Positions 31,630-43,517 of a DNA stretch of 64,000 bases are shown here, piece by piece. The DNA is from an uncultured Rivularia sp. (GTDB lineage Bacteria; Cyanobacteriota; Cyanobacteriia; Cyanobacteriales; Nostocaceae): contig OY762007.1 in NCBI GenBank assembly GCA_963665115.1, forward strand, positions 256,001-320,000. The letters are read 5' to 3'. The notes beneath the pieces were generated by a model. That model was not told where the DNA came from. It saw only the letters and a list, made by a program, of their open reading frames with translations, and made no database searches. The position numbers and the translations under genes were made by a program. Every line of letters starts with the position of its first letter. Position 1 is the first letter of the stretch.

Positions 31630-32442
31630 ATGGCTAATCAAACAGAAAATCGTTTTCATTGGAGTCCAAAAATAATTTTCACTATTGCTTTTTTTGGATT
31701 TTTGTTTGGGCTATACTTCATATTCAACCGAAAACCGGCTCCGACTCCAGGATTGATGTCAGTATCTAAAATTTCTAGAGAAAAAGATGATTTAATCGGG
31801 AAATTTGTCACCATCAGAAGCAAACATATTGAAACACTTGGTCCTACTTCCTTTGCTGTAAAAAAGAGAAAGTTTTTAATTCAAAGCAAACCAGTTATTA
31901 TTATAAATGCATCGGGTAAAATATTCGATCTTCCAACTAATAAAGACACAGAGGTTCAAGTAACCGGTACGGTTCGTAAGTTAGATATACCCAAACTTGA
32001 AAAAGAATTTTCTTTAAGATTGCAAGATAAAGTTTACGACGATTACAAAGATGCAACTACTATCGTTGCTCAACATATTGCTTTAGCACCAGAAGTAAAT
32101 GATATTGCTGCAAACCCAAGTAAATATTACAACCGAAGATTGGCATTAACAGGAGAAATAGAAAATATTAAAAATTCTAAGATGTTCACCTTGGATGAAG
32201 ACGATTTACTTGGTGAAGAAGATTTATTAATTTTTAATCCTACTCCAGCAATGGCTGTGAACGACAATCAAACAGTAGCTGTAACGGGAATTATGCGTCC
32301 ATTTATAATGGCGGAATTTGAAAGAGATTATAAATTAACTTGGGATGCAGCATTAAAGAAAGAGATGGAATTAAAGTACAAAGAAAAACCCGTATTGATT
32401 GCAGATACTGTTTATCCTTCAAGAGTTTCAACTTTAGATTGA
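31630..32442 (+). CDS. Membrane-anchored paralog of the upstream lipoprotein
   Basis: Shares NP.KYYN.RLA.TGE.E.I...FTLDE..L.G..DLL...VAVTG..RPF..A.FER.Y.L.WD. Confidence 0.75.
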   Translation: MANQTENRFHWSPKIIFTIAFFGFLFGLYFIFNRKPAPTPGLMSVSKISREKDDLIGKFVTIRSKHIETLGPTSFAVKKRKFLIQSKPVIIINASGKIFDLPTNKDTEVQVTGTVRKLDIPKLEKEFSLRLQDKVYDDYKDATTIVAQHIALAPEVNDIAANPSKYYNRRLALTGEIENIKNSKMFTLDEDDLLGEEDLLIFNPTPAMAVNDNQTVAVTGIMRPFIMAEFERDYKLTWDAALKKEMELKYKEKPVLIADTVYPSRVSTLD

Positions 32443-32868
32443 TTTTTAACTTTTAATACTCATTAGTTTCTACTAATATTGAAGCCACACATATTCCCAT
32501 TGTCACGGAATTAGCGCTATCTCTGAATCAAAGAATGTTACAAAAATAACTGCAACTATCTAAATTTACCTTTTGGATAACTGTTTTAGCCGGAGTTTTC
32601 TTTGTTGGATTCGCCGTTGTTTACTTACTTCAACTAACTGCCGTTTTGTCAACATCTGCTTAATACGACAGAATAAAGAATTTAATGAACCTGGCTTTTT
32701 CAAAAAACCGGGTTTATCATCATTATAAAAATTTATAATTTATCTTGCATTATACAGTTAGTATAATGTCCATTATCAAAAAATCATTAAAACATTAAAT
32801 TTGTGGGGAGATAGATCGATTAATATTTCATAAACCACGTTCACCGTTTTCTATCGATTCACATCAAA

Positions 32869-33201
32869 ATGGCACTGGAAACAGAAATCACAACTCAAGC
32901 AAGCACCCGCGAAATATCGCCAAATATTCCTCCTTCAAAGGAAGTCACAACTATCCAAATTGGATTAGCCTTCATTCCCGTGGCTTTCGTCGTAACCTTA
33001 GCGTTTATCTTTTTTAAACAAGTCCAACATCGGAAAAATTTATATATCAAACTTGTTAATTTAAAGCGTTTTTCTTCCATTCCTTGTCATAAATGTCAGT
33101 TTTTTGACAATAATCAACAGCTTCCTTGTGCAGTACAACCTGCGGTGGTTTTAAGTGAAGAGGCTTTGAATTGTGGTGACTACGCGCCAAAAAGGAGATG
33201 A
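32869..33201 (+). CDS. Small membrane protein with Cys-rich C-terminus
   Basis: One TM segment, then IPCHKCQFF...LPCAVQP...NCGDY. Confidence 0.65.
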   Translation: MALETEITTQASTREISPNIPPSKEVTTIQIGLAFIPVAFVVTLAFIFFKQVQHRKNLYIKLVNLKRFSSIPCHKCQFFDNNQQLPCAVQPAVVLSEEALNCGDYAPKRR

Positions 33202-33497
33202 AAAAACGGAATATTTTAACATACCTTAAACTAAATTCACTTTTTTTAATTAAGGATACAAGCCTCTGCTTTTAAGAAGAAAAAGACTTTCATCATATTC
33301 CTTGCTTCAAGCCTCAAACTTTAGGAGTCAGTAATTTTTAATTGTTTTGACAGAATTATTTGTCACTATCTATCTGTAGACAGGGAAATTGCACGAAAAA
33401 TTTATTCAATAAGTCTATCAAAAGGTTAATTGAAAAAAATCTAAGTCTGAATCAACCTTGAATCAGACAAAAAATTACTTAGTATAAAGGAGGAATT

Positions 33498-34040
33498 ATG
33501 TATACAGGTGAAATGCAGCGTGCAGTTGGTACTTTTGCTTCTCGTCCAGAAGCAGAGAGAGCGCTCCACGAATTAAGAGATTCTGGCTTCAATATGGATA
33601 AAATTTCAGTACTCGTTAAAAACGTTGAAGGGGACAGCCAGGTAAGCGGTACGGATTACGAAAAATCAAAAGGCGAACAAGCAGCCGGGGGAGCTAAAGC
33701 TGGAGCAACCGCTGGAGGAGTTACCGGCGGAATTATTGGTTTAATACCTAGTTTGGGTGTCTTAGCAATTCCTGGTGTTGGTCCCGTTGCGGAAATAGGT
33801 ATAATACTTGCAAATACTTTGATCGGTAGTGGTGTCGGTGCAGCTAGCGGTGGTTTGCTCGGTGCTTTGATCGGTTGGGGAGTACCCGAAGAGCGAGCAA
33901 ATTATTATAACGAACAACTTACTCAAGGATATTATGTAGTGTTGGTTGAAGGAACTTCAACAGAAATCAACGCGGCTCAATCGATTTTAAGCAATCAAGG
34001 AGTCCGAGATTGGGAAATTTATAATTCACCCACAACTTGA
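33498..34040 (+). CDS. General stress protein (YflT-like, glycine zipper)
   Basis: RAVGTF...AERALHELRDSGF...IPGVGP...GALIGWGVPEERA; AGGAGG RBS. Confidence 0.8.
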   Translation: MYTGEMQRAVGTFASRPEAERALHELRDSGFNMDKISVLVKNVEGDSQVSGTDYEKSKGEQAAGGAKAGATAGGVTGGIIGLIPSLGVLAIPGVGPVAEIGIILANTLIGSGVGAASGGLLGALIGWGVPEERANYYNEQLTQGYYVVLVEGTSTEINAAQSILSNQGVRDWEIYNSPTT

Positions 34041-34265
34041 AGTGTTTGTACTAATGTGAGTTTATAGTTTTTAGTCAACAAACGAAGTAGTACTATTTAT
34101 TTAATCGGCAAAGAGTTGATAAGTAAGTAGTGCGCTTCGTTTGCTTGCGGAAATTCATCCTATAAAAAATAGTAACTAACATGAATGTTTTAGTATTTGA
34201 TGTAGGTAGGATTACTCGAACCTTATACTAACGACAACCTGTTGTTAGCGTTACCAACGGTGCAG

Positions 34266-34374
34266 TTACAGCATATTTCATCTTTGTGTGGTACATTCGG
34301 ACGGGCAGGGATGCCCATCCCACAAGAGTTTTGTAATATGAGGCTGTACCTCACTTGTTTGCAAAGTGCTGTAA
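34266..34374. mobile_element. Small MITE-like element with internal REP hairpin
   Basis: TTACAGCA...TGCTGTAA ends; GGGCAGGGATGCCC core. Confidence 0.45.
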
Positions 34375-34515
34375 GCTTTCAGGAAGAGTTGAAAATAAAG
34401 AAGTTGCTCGTCACATTGTAGAAGGAATTAAAAAAAATCTAGGCGTTCATGAAATTACCTTCGATATCGGATTAGAAAATCAGGCTTTGTAATTAATCAA
34501 AGGAATAAAAAATAT

Positions 34516-34902
34516 ATGTCAGTAAAAGAATTACAAAAAAGCGATATGATGGCGCATCTTCTTTCTGCTCTTGATGCAGGCAAAGATATAGGTCATTACG
34601 GAAGATTAGTATTTGCAATGGTAGCCCGTCACTTTTTAAGCGAATCCGAGCTAATCAGTTATCTGAGAAAAGATAAAGATTTCAGCGAGGAAGATGCCCG
34701 CTCTATGTATTTACAGGTGCAAGGTAAAGACTATAATCCACCCAACCAAGAACGTGTTCTTGAATGGCAGTCTCAACAAGACTTTCCAATTTGCCCCAAT
34801 CCCGACGATCCGGATTCCTGTAATGTATACAAAGATTTGCAGTTTCCTTCCGAGATATACGAACAGATTTCCGAGTATTACGAAGAAAAATCAGACAGCT
34901 AA
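34516..34902 (+). CDS. Hypothetical protein, possibly primase large-subunit C-terminal (PriL/PriX)-like fold
   Basis: GHYGRLVF...DFSEEDAR...YNPP...ICP...C. Confidence 0.65.
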   Translation: MSVKELQKSDMMAHLLSALDAGKDIGHYGRLVFAMVARHFLSESELISYLRKDKDFSEEDARSMYLQVQGKDYNPPNQERVLEWQSQQDFPICPNPDDPDSCNVYKDLQFPSEIYEQISEYYEEKSDS

Positions 34903-35011
34903 ATTATCTTTGAGTATAAAAATTCAGTCGTAACAGTAAATTACAGAGACGTTGCACTGCAACGTCTCTACACAGAAAGAGAAATCATCTATCTTAACCA
35001 ACAGCCTGTTA

Positions 35012-35599
35012 CTACTTACTATACAATTGCTTTCCGCTTGCTAGTTGAGAGGCAATCTGTTCGCGACTGTTGATGAATGTGTACTGTTCGTTAAAGCTAC
35101 CATTAGGACTTTTGCCAATAATGTATTGGCGTACTGGTATATCTGGAGCATTAAGAACAACACGATCTGACACTCGCACTGTTGCCTTTGGTGCATTGGG
35201 ATTTTCTTCTTCAAGTCGAGAAACTACCCATAGTTCGTTATTTGCTGCATATACATCTTGAATTTCCAGATTGTAACCGGCAGAGGGAGCCTCAACTTCT
35301 GCGGTAATAGTACGTTCTTTCCGCTCTATTCCAGGTAAATCGACATCAATATATGGAACTTCAACAGTTTGTTCTTCCTGCACTACAATTACTTTGGGTA
35401 CTGTAACTGTGCGTTTAGTTACTCCAACCTTCACATCTGGTCCCTTGATATCATATTCTGGTAATCTTCCGGGTTCTATATTTACTTCAGGTAAACGAGC
35501 TGCTTGTTCTTTCTCGATTTGACACGATGCCAAGGGAACGAGAAGCATAGCTAACGATAAAGGTAAGACTTTTTGTAGGATTAAACGTTGCGATCGCAT
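35012..35599 (-). CDS. Hypothetical lipoprotein
   Basis: Lipobox LASC. Confidence 0.7.
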   Translation of the reverse strand: MRSQRLILQKVLPLSLAMLLVPLASCQIEKEQAARLPEVNIEPGRLPEYDIKGPDVKVGVTKRTVTVPKVIVVQEEQTVEVPYIDVDLPGIERKERTITAEVEAPSAGYNLEIQDVYAANNELWVVSRLEEENPNAPKATVRVSDRVVLNAPDIPVRQYIIGKSPNGSFNEQYTFINSREQIASQLASGKQLYSK

Positions 35600-36005
35600 T
35601 TCTATTTATAAATAAACGACATAAGACTATGAGCAATGAGAAGAATGCTAACGAAGCGAGATGCAACAATAACCGATAGGATATTGCAATCTTAATTACA
35701 CTGTGTTTAGTTTTCAGTACAGATAGATACAACTCTGAAGATAAATATACTTTAATTCAACATTCTTTAACATTCACCATATTTACTAATATTACTTACT
35801 TTGACTCGATTTACATCGTTCTTCAGTTATAAATTCAATCTAAAATTATTTGAAAATTTGATACATAGTCTTACAAGCTACGGATAAAAGCAGCGATTAA
35901 AATAATATATGCGTTCAAATTGTTTTAATTTGAAGATGTCAAAATAAATGTCTATCTTTAGAGATAGTAGGTGCGATAGTGTAGATTGGGAAGTATGCTA
36001 AGAAA

Positions 36006-36461
36006 ATGTCTAATGGATTTACCTCGGCACAAATATCAGCATTTTCTCCCATCGGCTGGCAGGGACTTACTTTTCGTATAAGCATTGCCTTAATTATCGG
36101 CATAATTATTGGCTTAGAGCGGCAAACAAAAAGAAAGCCAGCAGGGCTTAGAACTAATATGTTAGTGTGTTTTGCCTCTGCTTTACTCGTACTAATCCCG
36201 ATTGAAATCGGTGCAGCGCAACAGAGTTTAGATATTTTAGGCAAAGTTATCAGCGGTATTGTTAGCGGTGTTGGTTTTATTGGTGGAGGAACTATTTTAC
36301 GTGAATCGGAAGTCAAAGGTTTAACTTCTGCTGCTACCATCTGGATGACATCTGCCCTCGGTATTGCAGTTGGCTGTGGTTTATGGCAGTTAGGTTTAGC
36401 AGGAGCATTAATTACCTGGATAATTTTGCGAGTATTCGATCGATGGGAAGATTATCTTTAA
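36006..36461 (+). CDS. MgtC/SapB-family membrane protein
   Basis: IGLERQ...PAGLRTNMLV...GVGFIGGGTI...GLTSAATIW. Confidence 0.9.
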   Translation: MSNGFTSAQISAFSPIGWQGLTFRISIALIIGIIIGLERQTKRKPAGLRTNMLVCFASALLVLIPIEIGAAQQSLDILGKVISGIVSGVGFIGGGTILRESEVKGLTSAATIWMTSALGIAVGCGLWQLGLAGALITWIILRVFDRWEDYL

Positions 36462-36656
36462 TTCGATCCGATCGAAAATATAAATTAAGTACTTGTGTAA
36501 AATTTGTTAGTTACAGAACCAGTCTTTAGAATCACAAAAATAAAGAAAAACTAATATTTCAACTATAACTTTGGATAGAACTTATAGATATCATCAGCGA
36601 ATAACATGATTATAAGCAGTCTAATAAAAAGTAATTAAACATTAGTAGATAAATTT

Positions 36657-36866
36657 ATGAGTATTAATTGTCTCGATCGACCCAAATTTCGTCAGCAACA
36701 AAAAGTTGACTTTATTGGCGGTACGGGGGAAGTTAAAAGCCTTCAAAGAGAAGCTGGTATTTGGATTTATACCGTTGAAATGCATATGGGTTTGGAACCA
36801 GAATTTGGGCGAATAGGTGCAGAGACAACTATTCTTTTAGAAGAAGAAGATATCTGTACCAATTAA
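36657..36866 (+). CDS. Small hypothetical protein
   Basis: 69-aa ORF PKF...V.FIGG.G.V...W.Y.VEM.MG.EP.FGRIG.ETTILL, a cyanobacterial-looking motif. Confidence 0.6.
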   Translation: MSINCLDRPKFRQQQKVDFIGGTGEVKSLQREAGIWIYTVEMHMGLEPEFGRIGAETTILLEEEDICTN

Positions 36867-36914
36867 AAAATGGTTTTAATAGCTTGGTTCGCTAAAATGG
36901 GCACGAACAAACAT

Positions 36915-38445
36915 CCGTTACATAAAACTTACCCAAAACTACCTATAACTAGACAAATCTAGACATATATGATTTTAGTGTTTACTTCCTGCTTCAAACT
37001 GGGGTAGTCGGCTACTTCCCATCCACAGGCTGAAACTGTCTAACTGACAGCCTTAGATAAATTGATTGCAGCGTTTAAATCGCGGTCAATCGTAAAATTA
37101 CAGTTCTTACAATCAAACACTCTTTCCAGAAGAGAGAGTACTTCCTTTTTATGACCACAATTGGAACAAGTTTTAGATGATGGAAACCATCTATCAACCA
37201 CAACTAGTTTGGAGCCGTACAATTTACATTTGTATTCAAGTTGTCTTCTAACTTCATAAAATCCCATATCAGAAATCGATAAGGCTAGTTTATGATTTTT
37301 CATCATACCCGATACATTTAAATCTTCTATGACTATCGTTCCGTGATTCTTGGCTAATAATGATGTCAATTTATGGATAGAATATGCTCTTATATTGGAA
37401 ATTCTTCTATGAAGTCTAGCTATTTTTAGTTGAGTTTTTCTCCAATTTTTAGAACCAATCACTTTATTGCGATTTAACCACTGCAATCGAGATAATTTAG
37501 TTTTATTTTTACGATAGGCTTTCGCTCCTTCTATAACTTCACCTGTCGATAAGGTTGCTAGAGCCTTAACTCCTAAATCAACTCCTACAACAGTTGTATT
37601 ATTATTTTTTTGAATTTGGGTATCAATTTTAAAACTAATAAACCACCTATCTGCTTGTCGGGATATCGTTACAGATTTTATTTTATCTAGCTGGGGTAAT
37701 TTCTCATATGTTTTTAATTTACCTATTCTTGGAACTTGAATTATAAAACTATCTATAGTCTTACAAGTTCCTTCCAAAGTAAATGAATCGTTTTTACCTT
37801 TCTTTTTAAACCTGGGTTGACCACTAACTGTTTTGAAGCATCTTTTCCAAGCAGTAGATAAATCTCTTAATGCTGATTGTGGTGCAGACTTTGAACACTC
37901 ATAGTACCAAGGGTTTTCGGGTTTAACCAAAGCCACTAAGTATTTATGTAAATCAATCGCACTTGGAAATTTTATTTTAGAATCAGGATTAATAAAATTG
38001 TTTTCTAATATTGCGCGGGTTAATGCTAATCCCCAATTCCAAGCATGTCTAGAAACTCCATAATGTTTGAGTAAAACAGTTTTTTGATTGTTATTTAATT
38101 TTAATTCTGTTTTAAATCCGAGTAACATTGTATAAAATTTAGGTTTTCAAGTTTTATAAATATAAGGCATCTATCTTTTAGATTATTAGATATAAACATA
38201 TCATTTTTATTACTATCATTAATAGTATAAATGTTAAATTTATTAATTCTTAAAATTCAATTGGCAGCCGTTGCCAACCATTAGTAGAATAAACAACCTT
38301 TAACCATCGCTTTACTGTAAAGCTCGCCGTGGGGATACTCCCCACGGCAGACTTTACGTAAATACGTATTACACACTTAACACGATATCTGGACAATATG
38401 GGTAAATATGTCTATTTATGGGTAGAAATTAGATAACAGTTACTA
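36915..38445 (-). mobile_element. TnpB-only IS200/IS605-superfamily element, probably IS607-derived
   Basis: Right end ...GTAAGTTTTATGTAACGG (36915); left end after TTGAGGGG near 38445; TACCCA/TAGACA motifs at both ends; no tnpA ORF; left boundary approximate. Confidence 0.6.
37040..38128 (-). CDS. tnpB: RNA-guided endonuclease TnpB
   Basis: RuvC-I VGVDLGVK, RuvC-II IVIEDLNV, Zn finger CSNCG/CKNC, RuvC-III DRDLNAAINL. Confidence 0.93.
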   Translation of the reverse strand: MLLGFKTELKLNNNQKTVLLKHYGVSRHAWNWGLALTRAILENNFINPDSKIKFPSAIDLHKYLVALVKPENPWYYECSKSAPQSALRDLSTAWKRCFKTVSGQPRFKKKGKNDSFTLEGTCKTIDSFIIQVPRIGKLKTYEKLPQLDKIKSVTISRQADRWFISFKIDTQIQKNNNTTVVGVDLGVKALATLSTGEVIEGAKAYRKNKTKLSRLQWLNRNKVIGSKNWRKTQLKIARLHRRISNIRAYSIHKLTSLLAKNHGTIVIEDLNVSGMMKNHKLALSISDMGFYEVRRQLEYKCKLYGSKLVVVDRWFPSSKTCSNCGHKKEVLSLLERVFDCKNCNFTIDRDLNAAINLSKAVS

Positions 38446-39981
38446 CCCCTCAATCCAAATGCTCTAAACTAAATGGGGTGTTTCTGCATTAACTGCTAAA
38501 GCCAAAATCATTTCTGGATGATAATTGATAGTATTCGTTATCCATGCACCAATTATATAATTATCAGCAACATCAAAATATTCATAGTTGCAAAAATTCC
38601 AACCATAATAGTTAATGTCACAACACCTTTATTAAGCTCGGATTCTATATCCCGAATATCAAAAACAACCGATTGGATAATACAGCAATTAAATAATTAA
38701 TAAATCAAATTTACATTTAATAATTTACCTTCATTTCACAATTAAAATTAATGAAAATTAACATCGGGTTGGAGAAACAGGATTATCGCGCCTACAGCGA
38801 CAAACTTACCTGAAGAAAACTAAATTAAGATTTACCTGGCGGTTGAAACCACGGCTACATAGGCGAAGTACACCTTCGTGGACTAATACTGACGCAACTG
38901 CCAATTTTGCAAGGAGTTTACTTAGCCGATAATGTAGGATTAAAAAATATTATTCCTGCCTTTAGTTAAATTTACTTACGAAGGAAATTCATATAATTTC
39001 AGACCAAGTACGGTTATATCAAGATTTTTCTAATTTTTTAGTTAAGTAAATGTAAAGGCGAAAATATTTATATTACAATCAATTAGACACCTGTTGAATT
39101 ACCGATGTTTTGAGAAAGGCGATCGCCATTTATTGATCGGTTCAAAAGGCTTGTTGGGTTGAACGAAATGAAACCCAAGCTACGTTACCAAGAGCCAAAG
39201 TTATCTCAAGGCGTAACACACCCGACAGGAAAACTATCTCCCCAGCCAGCTACGAAATATCTTCCGACGTGCAAAGGATGCAAGAAAAACACTACTCCTT
39301 TTCCGCTCAGTTATATAACCGTTCCCCCCAACCCTATTTCCAGATCCGGCGTTCCCTCTTCTCTAACCCCACAAGTAATTTCATAAATCAAACTCGATTC
39401 CTATATTGCTGGCGCAATAAGTTAATTTTAATGCGGATTTTTGATATTCTGAGTGTAAGATGTATCATGAATTTCAGTGCGTTTAATTAAGTAGTAAGGT
39501 AATGTTTAAAGTATGAATTTAAGTCTGCCTATCTCTTACAAAACAGTAAAATCATTATTTCTAAACATTTTTATGCTTGATGAGGTAAATTGCATATAGT
39601 ATTTATTTTTATATTTTTGTCAAGTCCTATTTATGCGTAATCTAACAGTCATATCATCTGTGGCATGATACAAAAAACACATTAATAATAATTGTATTTT
39701 TACTTATCTACTGGTTAATTCTGGTTCAAATCACAACTTAATCAATTCTACTTACTATTTTAAAATGCTAAAAATAATACCTTCGACGATAAAAACAAAT
39801 TTTATAGATTCATTTATTGATGATATTTTTTTAAATAAGCTTTCATATTACTTTATATTTGTTGATTTGAATAAACAGAGCGATTACTGAGAAAATATAA
39901 TCATACTAGTAACAATCAAGGCCGCCAAGTAAGTTAATAGCAAGCCACAAAGGTGGTCAAACAAGGGGCAGAGGATAAGGA

Positions 39982-41856
39982 ATGGGACGATTTGATAACG
40001 GACCAGAAAAGTCACGTAAAGCAGGCGAGCCATACGGTTCAGCCGAATCTGCTTTGCGGGCTGTCACTGAGGAATTACAAATTATCCAGCGGAATTTGCT
40101 CGAATCCTTGCAGGATGATGTCAAGCGCTTACAAGGTGAAAAAATCCGCTTGGCTGATGATATCAAACGTCTGCAAGAAGAAAGAGAGCAGTTGCAAGGA
40201 GGAAGACAAATTGACGAGTTACAAGTGTTAATGCGTCAATTGGCCCAAGTTTTGGGAAATCACATTTCCGTGCAGTTACAAGCTTCATTGGAAAAATTGG
40301 TCGATCGCCCAACGGGAAACACAACTCTCCAATCCGGAACCGGAACATATGCCCAAACTCAGAATCAAGAATCCGAATCGATCGGTAATGCTTTTAATAA
40401 TGCTTTTAACACGCTGCAACAAGATTTAGAAGATTATCAAAGTAGCATTTCCCAGCAATTGTCTCGAATGTCATTGCAGCAGGAACAAGGGGAAGCGATT
40501 TTACAAGAATTGGTAAATCGTCTCAAACGAGAATTGGAAGCTACCACCACCGAAGATGCTCAAACCAACTTTGAAGACGAACAGTTAGTAGAAGTTGATT
40601 ATGTAGAAGATTCAAACGTAATCCAAGAAGAATATCCACAGCAAGAGCCGTTTCCTACAAGTTTATTGGAGGAGCGGGACAATATAATTCCTCCAGCAAC
40701 CGATACCACAACAGCAACTTCTACCGTTCGAGGAGCTAATGTTTCGCTGCCTGAAACTTCATCTCAAGCTCCCCCAGAAGCCGCTAGAGAACCCACAACA
40801 TCATCACAACCACTATCTAGACCAACAGAAGGGGTTAGGCAGCGTCCCAAGGGATTATTACTGATTGCATTGTCCGCAGTCGCTACGTCTATTTACAACG
40901 TTGCAATTAAAGCAATATTCAATGGTGTATTTGATTTAGATCAATTAATATCGCCAACTTTAGGAAATTGCCTATTCGTTTTAATGCTGAGAATGCTGGT
41001 TGTTGTGCCCATGATGCTAGTTTTGGCACCCATCCTGCACCCCAGAGTTTGGCAAGATTTACAAAATTTAGTAGATTCAGTCAAAGGAAGTCGTAATCCT
41101 ACAACCGTTACAGCTAGAAGAGTACTGATGCTATCAGGTATCAGTGGATGCTTCTTGTTTTTATCTCAAGTAATGCTTTACTTGTCGATCGCACAAGTTG
41201 TCACCGGAATGGCGATCGCCCTTTTGTTCGTGTACCCGATTGTCAGCGGACTATTGTCATGGCTCTTGTTTCGCGACATTCCTAGTAAATTCCGCGCTTT
41301 TGCTTACGCGATGATTGTTTTAGGAATAGTTTTAGTATTGGGTGGAGCTTCAAGCGATACGGGTAACGTTTCATTTGGAAGCATTACAGGAATTTTAGCC
41401 GGAATAAGCTTTGCATTTTACGTGATATTGACCCGTATTTGCGCTGCTAGACTGCATCCGGTTTCTTTTACTTTGATTAACTTCGCCACAATGCTGTTTT
41501 TGTGCTTTATCGGCTTGTGCTTTATCACTATACTGCTGCCTTTACCTTCTGGTTGGAGCTTAGAAATAAATTCGGTGAACTTTTTAGAACTGATTTTAAG
41601 CACTTTCATCCTAGGAGTACTAACTCTTTGCGGGTATTTGCTAAATAACTTTGGCATCCGTAAACTCGGAGCTACAAGAGCTGGACTCATCAGTTCTACC
41701 GTTCCAGTTTTAACGGTAATTTTCGCCGGAATCATCATTCAAGAATCTTTACCATTCATGCAGGTTCTCGGAGTCTTACTAGTTACCTTCGGAGCCGCAG
41801 CCTTCAGCATGGAGAAATTGCAGCAGCAGCGGGTGAAGGCTCCTCGTTCGAGTTAA
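39982..41856 (+). CDS. sepJ: Septal junction protein SepJ (FraG): coiled coil, linker, DMT/EamA permease
   Basis: N-terminal coiled coil, Pro/Thr/Ser linker, ~10 TM C-terminus; directly upstream of hetR as in Anabaena. Confidence 0.88.
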   Translation: MGRFDNGPEKSRKAGEPYGSAESALRAVTEELQIIQRNLLESLQDDVKRLQGEKIRLADDIKRLQEEREQLQGGRQIDELQVLMRQLAQVLGNHISVQLQASLEKLVDRPTGNTTLQSGTGTYAQTQNQESESIGNAFNNAFNTLQQDLEDYQSSISQQLSRMSLQQEQGEAILQELVNRLKRELEATTTEDAQTNFEDEQLVEVDYVEDSNVIQEEYPQQEPFPTSLLEERDNIIPPATDTTTATSTVRGANVSLPETSSQAPPEAAREPTTSSQPLSRPTEGVRQRPKGLLLIALSAVATSIYNVAIKAIFNGVFDLDQLISPTLGNCLFVLMLRMLVVVPMMLVLAPILHPRVWQDLQNLVDSVKGSRNPTTVTARRVLMLSGISGCFLFLSQVMLYLSIAQVVTGMAIALLFVYPIVSGLLSWLLFRDIPSKFRAFAYAMIVLGIVLVLGGASSDTGNVSFGSITGILAGISFAFYVILTRICAARLHPVSFTLINFATMLFLCFIGLCFITILLPLPSGWSLEINSVNFLELILSTFILGVLTLCGYLLNNFGIRKLGATRAGLISSTVPVLTVIFAGIIIQESLPFMQVLGVLLVTFGAAAFSMEKLQQQRVKAPRSS

Positions 41857-41860
41857 TAGG

Positions 41861-41950
41861 GGGATGGGGAGAAATTTTTAAAGTAGTGAGTAAAGAGTAG
41901 TGAGTAAAAAGTTTAATTTACCAGCTACTTACAATTCTTAACTCTCTACT
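41861..41950. repeat. Composite repeat upstream of hetR with two 14-bp units; inverted copy at 43476-43641
   Basis: AAGTAGTGAGTAAAGAGTAGTGAGTAAAAAGTTTAATTTACCAGCTACTTACAA. Confidence 0.75.
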
Positions 41951-42395
41951 TACTACTCGCTACTCATTCTTAACTCCTAACTATTCTCAATTCCCAATGC
42001 CCAATGCTCAAAATTACTGGTATATAGTAAGCCACACTTGTAGTTAAGAGCTGCTAACATACATCTTTGCGGGGATGTAAAAAGGACACGCTTGCTAATT
42101 CTGGTTGTGATGGGAGAAATTCTGTGTCAATCAAAACCTTCTGATACTGGCAGCTTTGGGGGTGACAGGCTTAAATTGCTTGCCAATATAACTTGGTGAA
42201 GATACTGACGAAAAATGGGTGGCAATTTTAATAACAATGTGAGTTTTTACTTTCTCCTGTAAAAATACGGGTAAAATATTGTTTATCATTACCATTAAGA
42301 CCCTTAGTTATTGCATAATAGATAAATTAAAGTAAACACATAACCTGCGAAGAGGGTGTATACTACTTACTTTCCTGTAATTCTTGATTTTGTAA

Positions 42396-43319
<924 letters not shown>

Positions 43320-43411
43320 TAAATCAGCAGTCATAAAAACGACTGCCTCTAACTGCCAATTTTTCAATCCTAGCAAAAATACGTCTAAAGATACAATTGA
43401 ATAAAAAATTT

Positions 43412-43451
43412 AGGTTGGGTTTACTCGCTGTGCAAACCCGACCTGTTTTTT
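43412..43451 (+). terminator. hetR intrinsic terminator
   Basis: AGGTTGGGTTT...AAACCCGACCT followed by a T run. Confidence 0.6.
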
Positions 43452-43517
43452 GGAAGTAGGGAGTAGGGAGTTATAAGTTAGAGGTTAAGAGTTGTAAGTA
43501 GCTGGTAAATTAAACTT

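Noticed and set aside
38518..39490. Short ORFs between the TnpB element and sepJ
   Set aside because: No recognisable motifs; possibly degraded remnants or leader sequence
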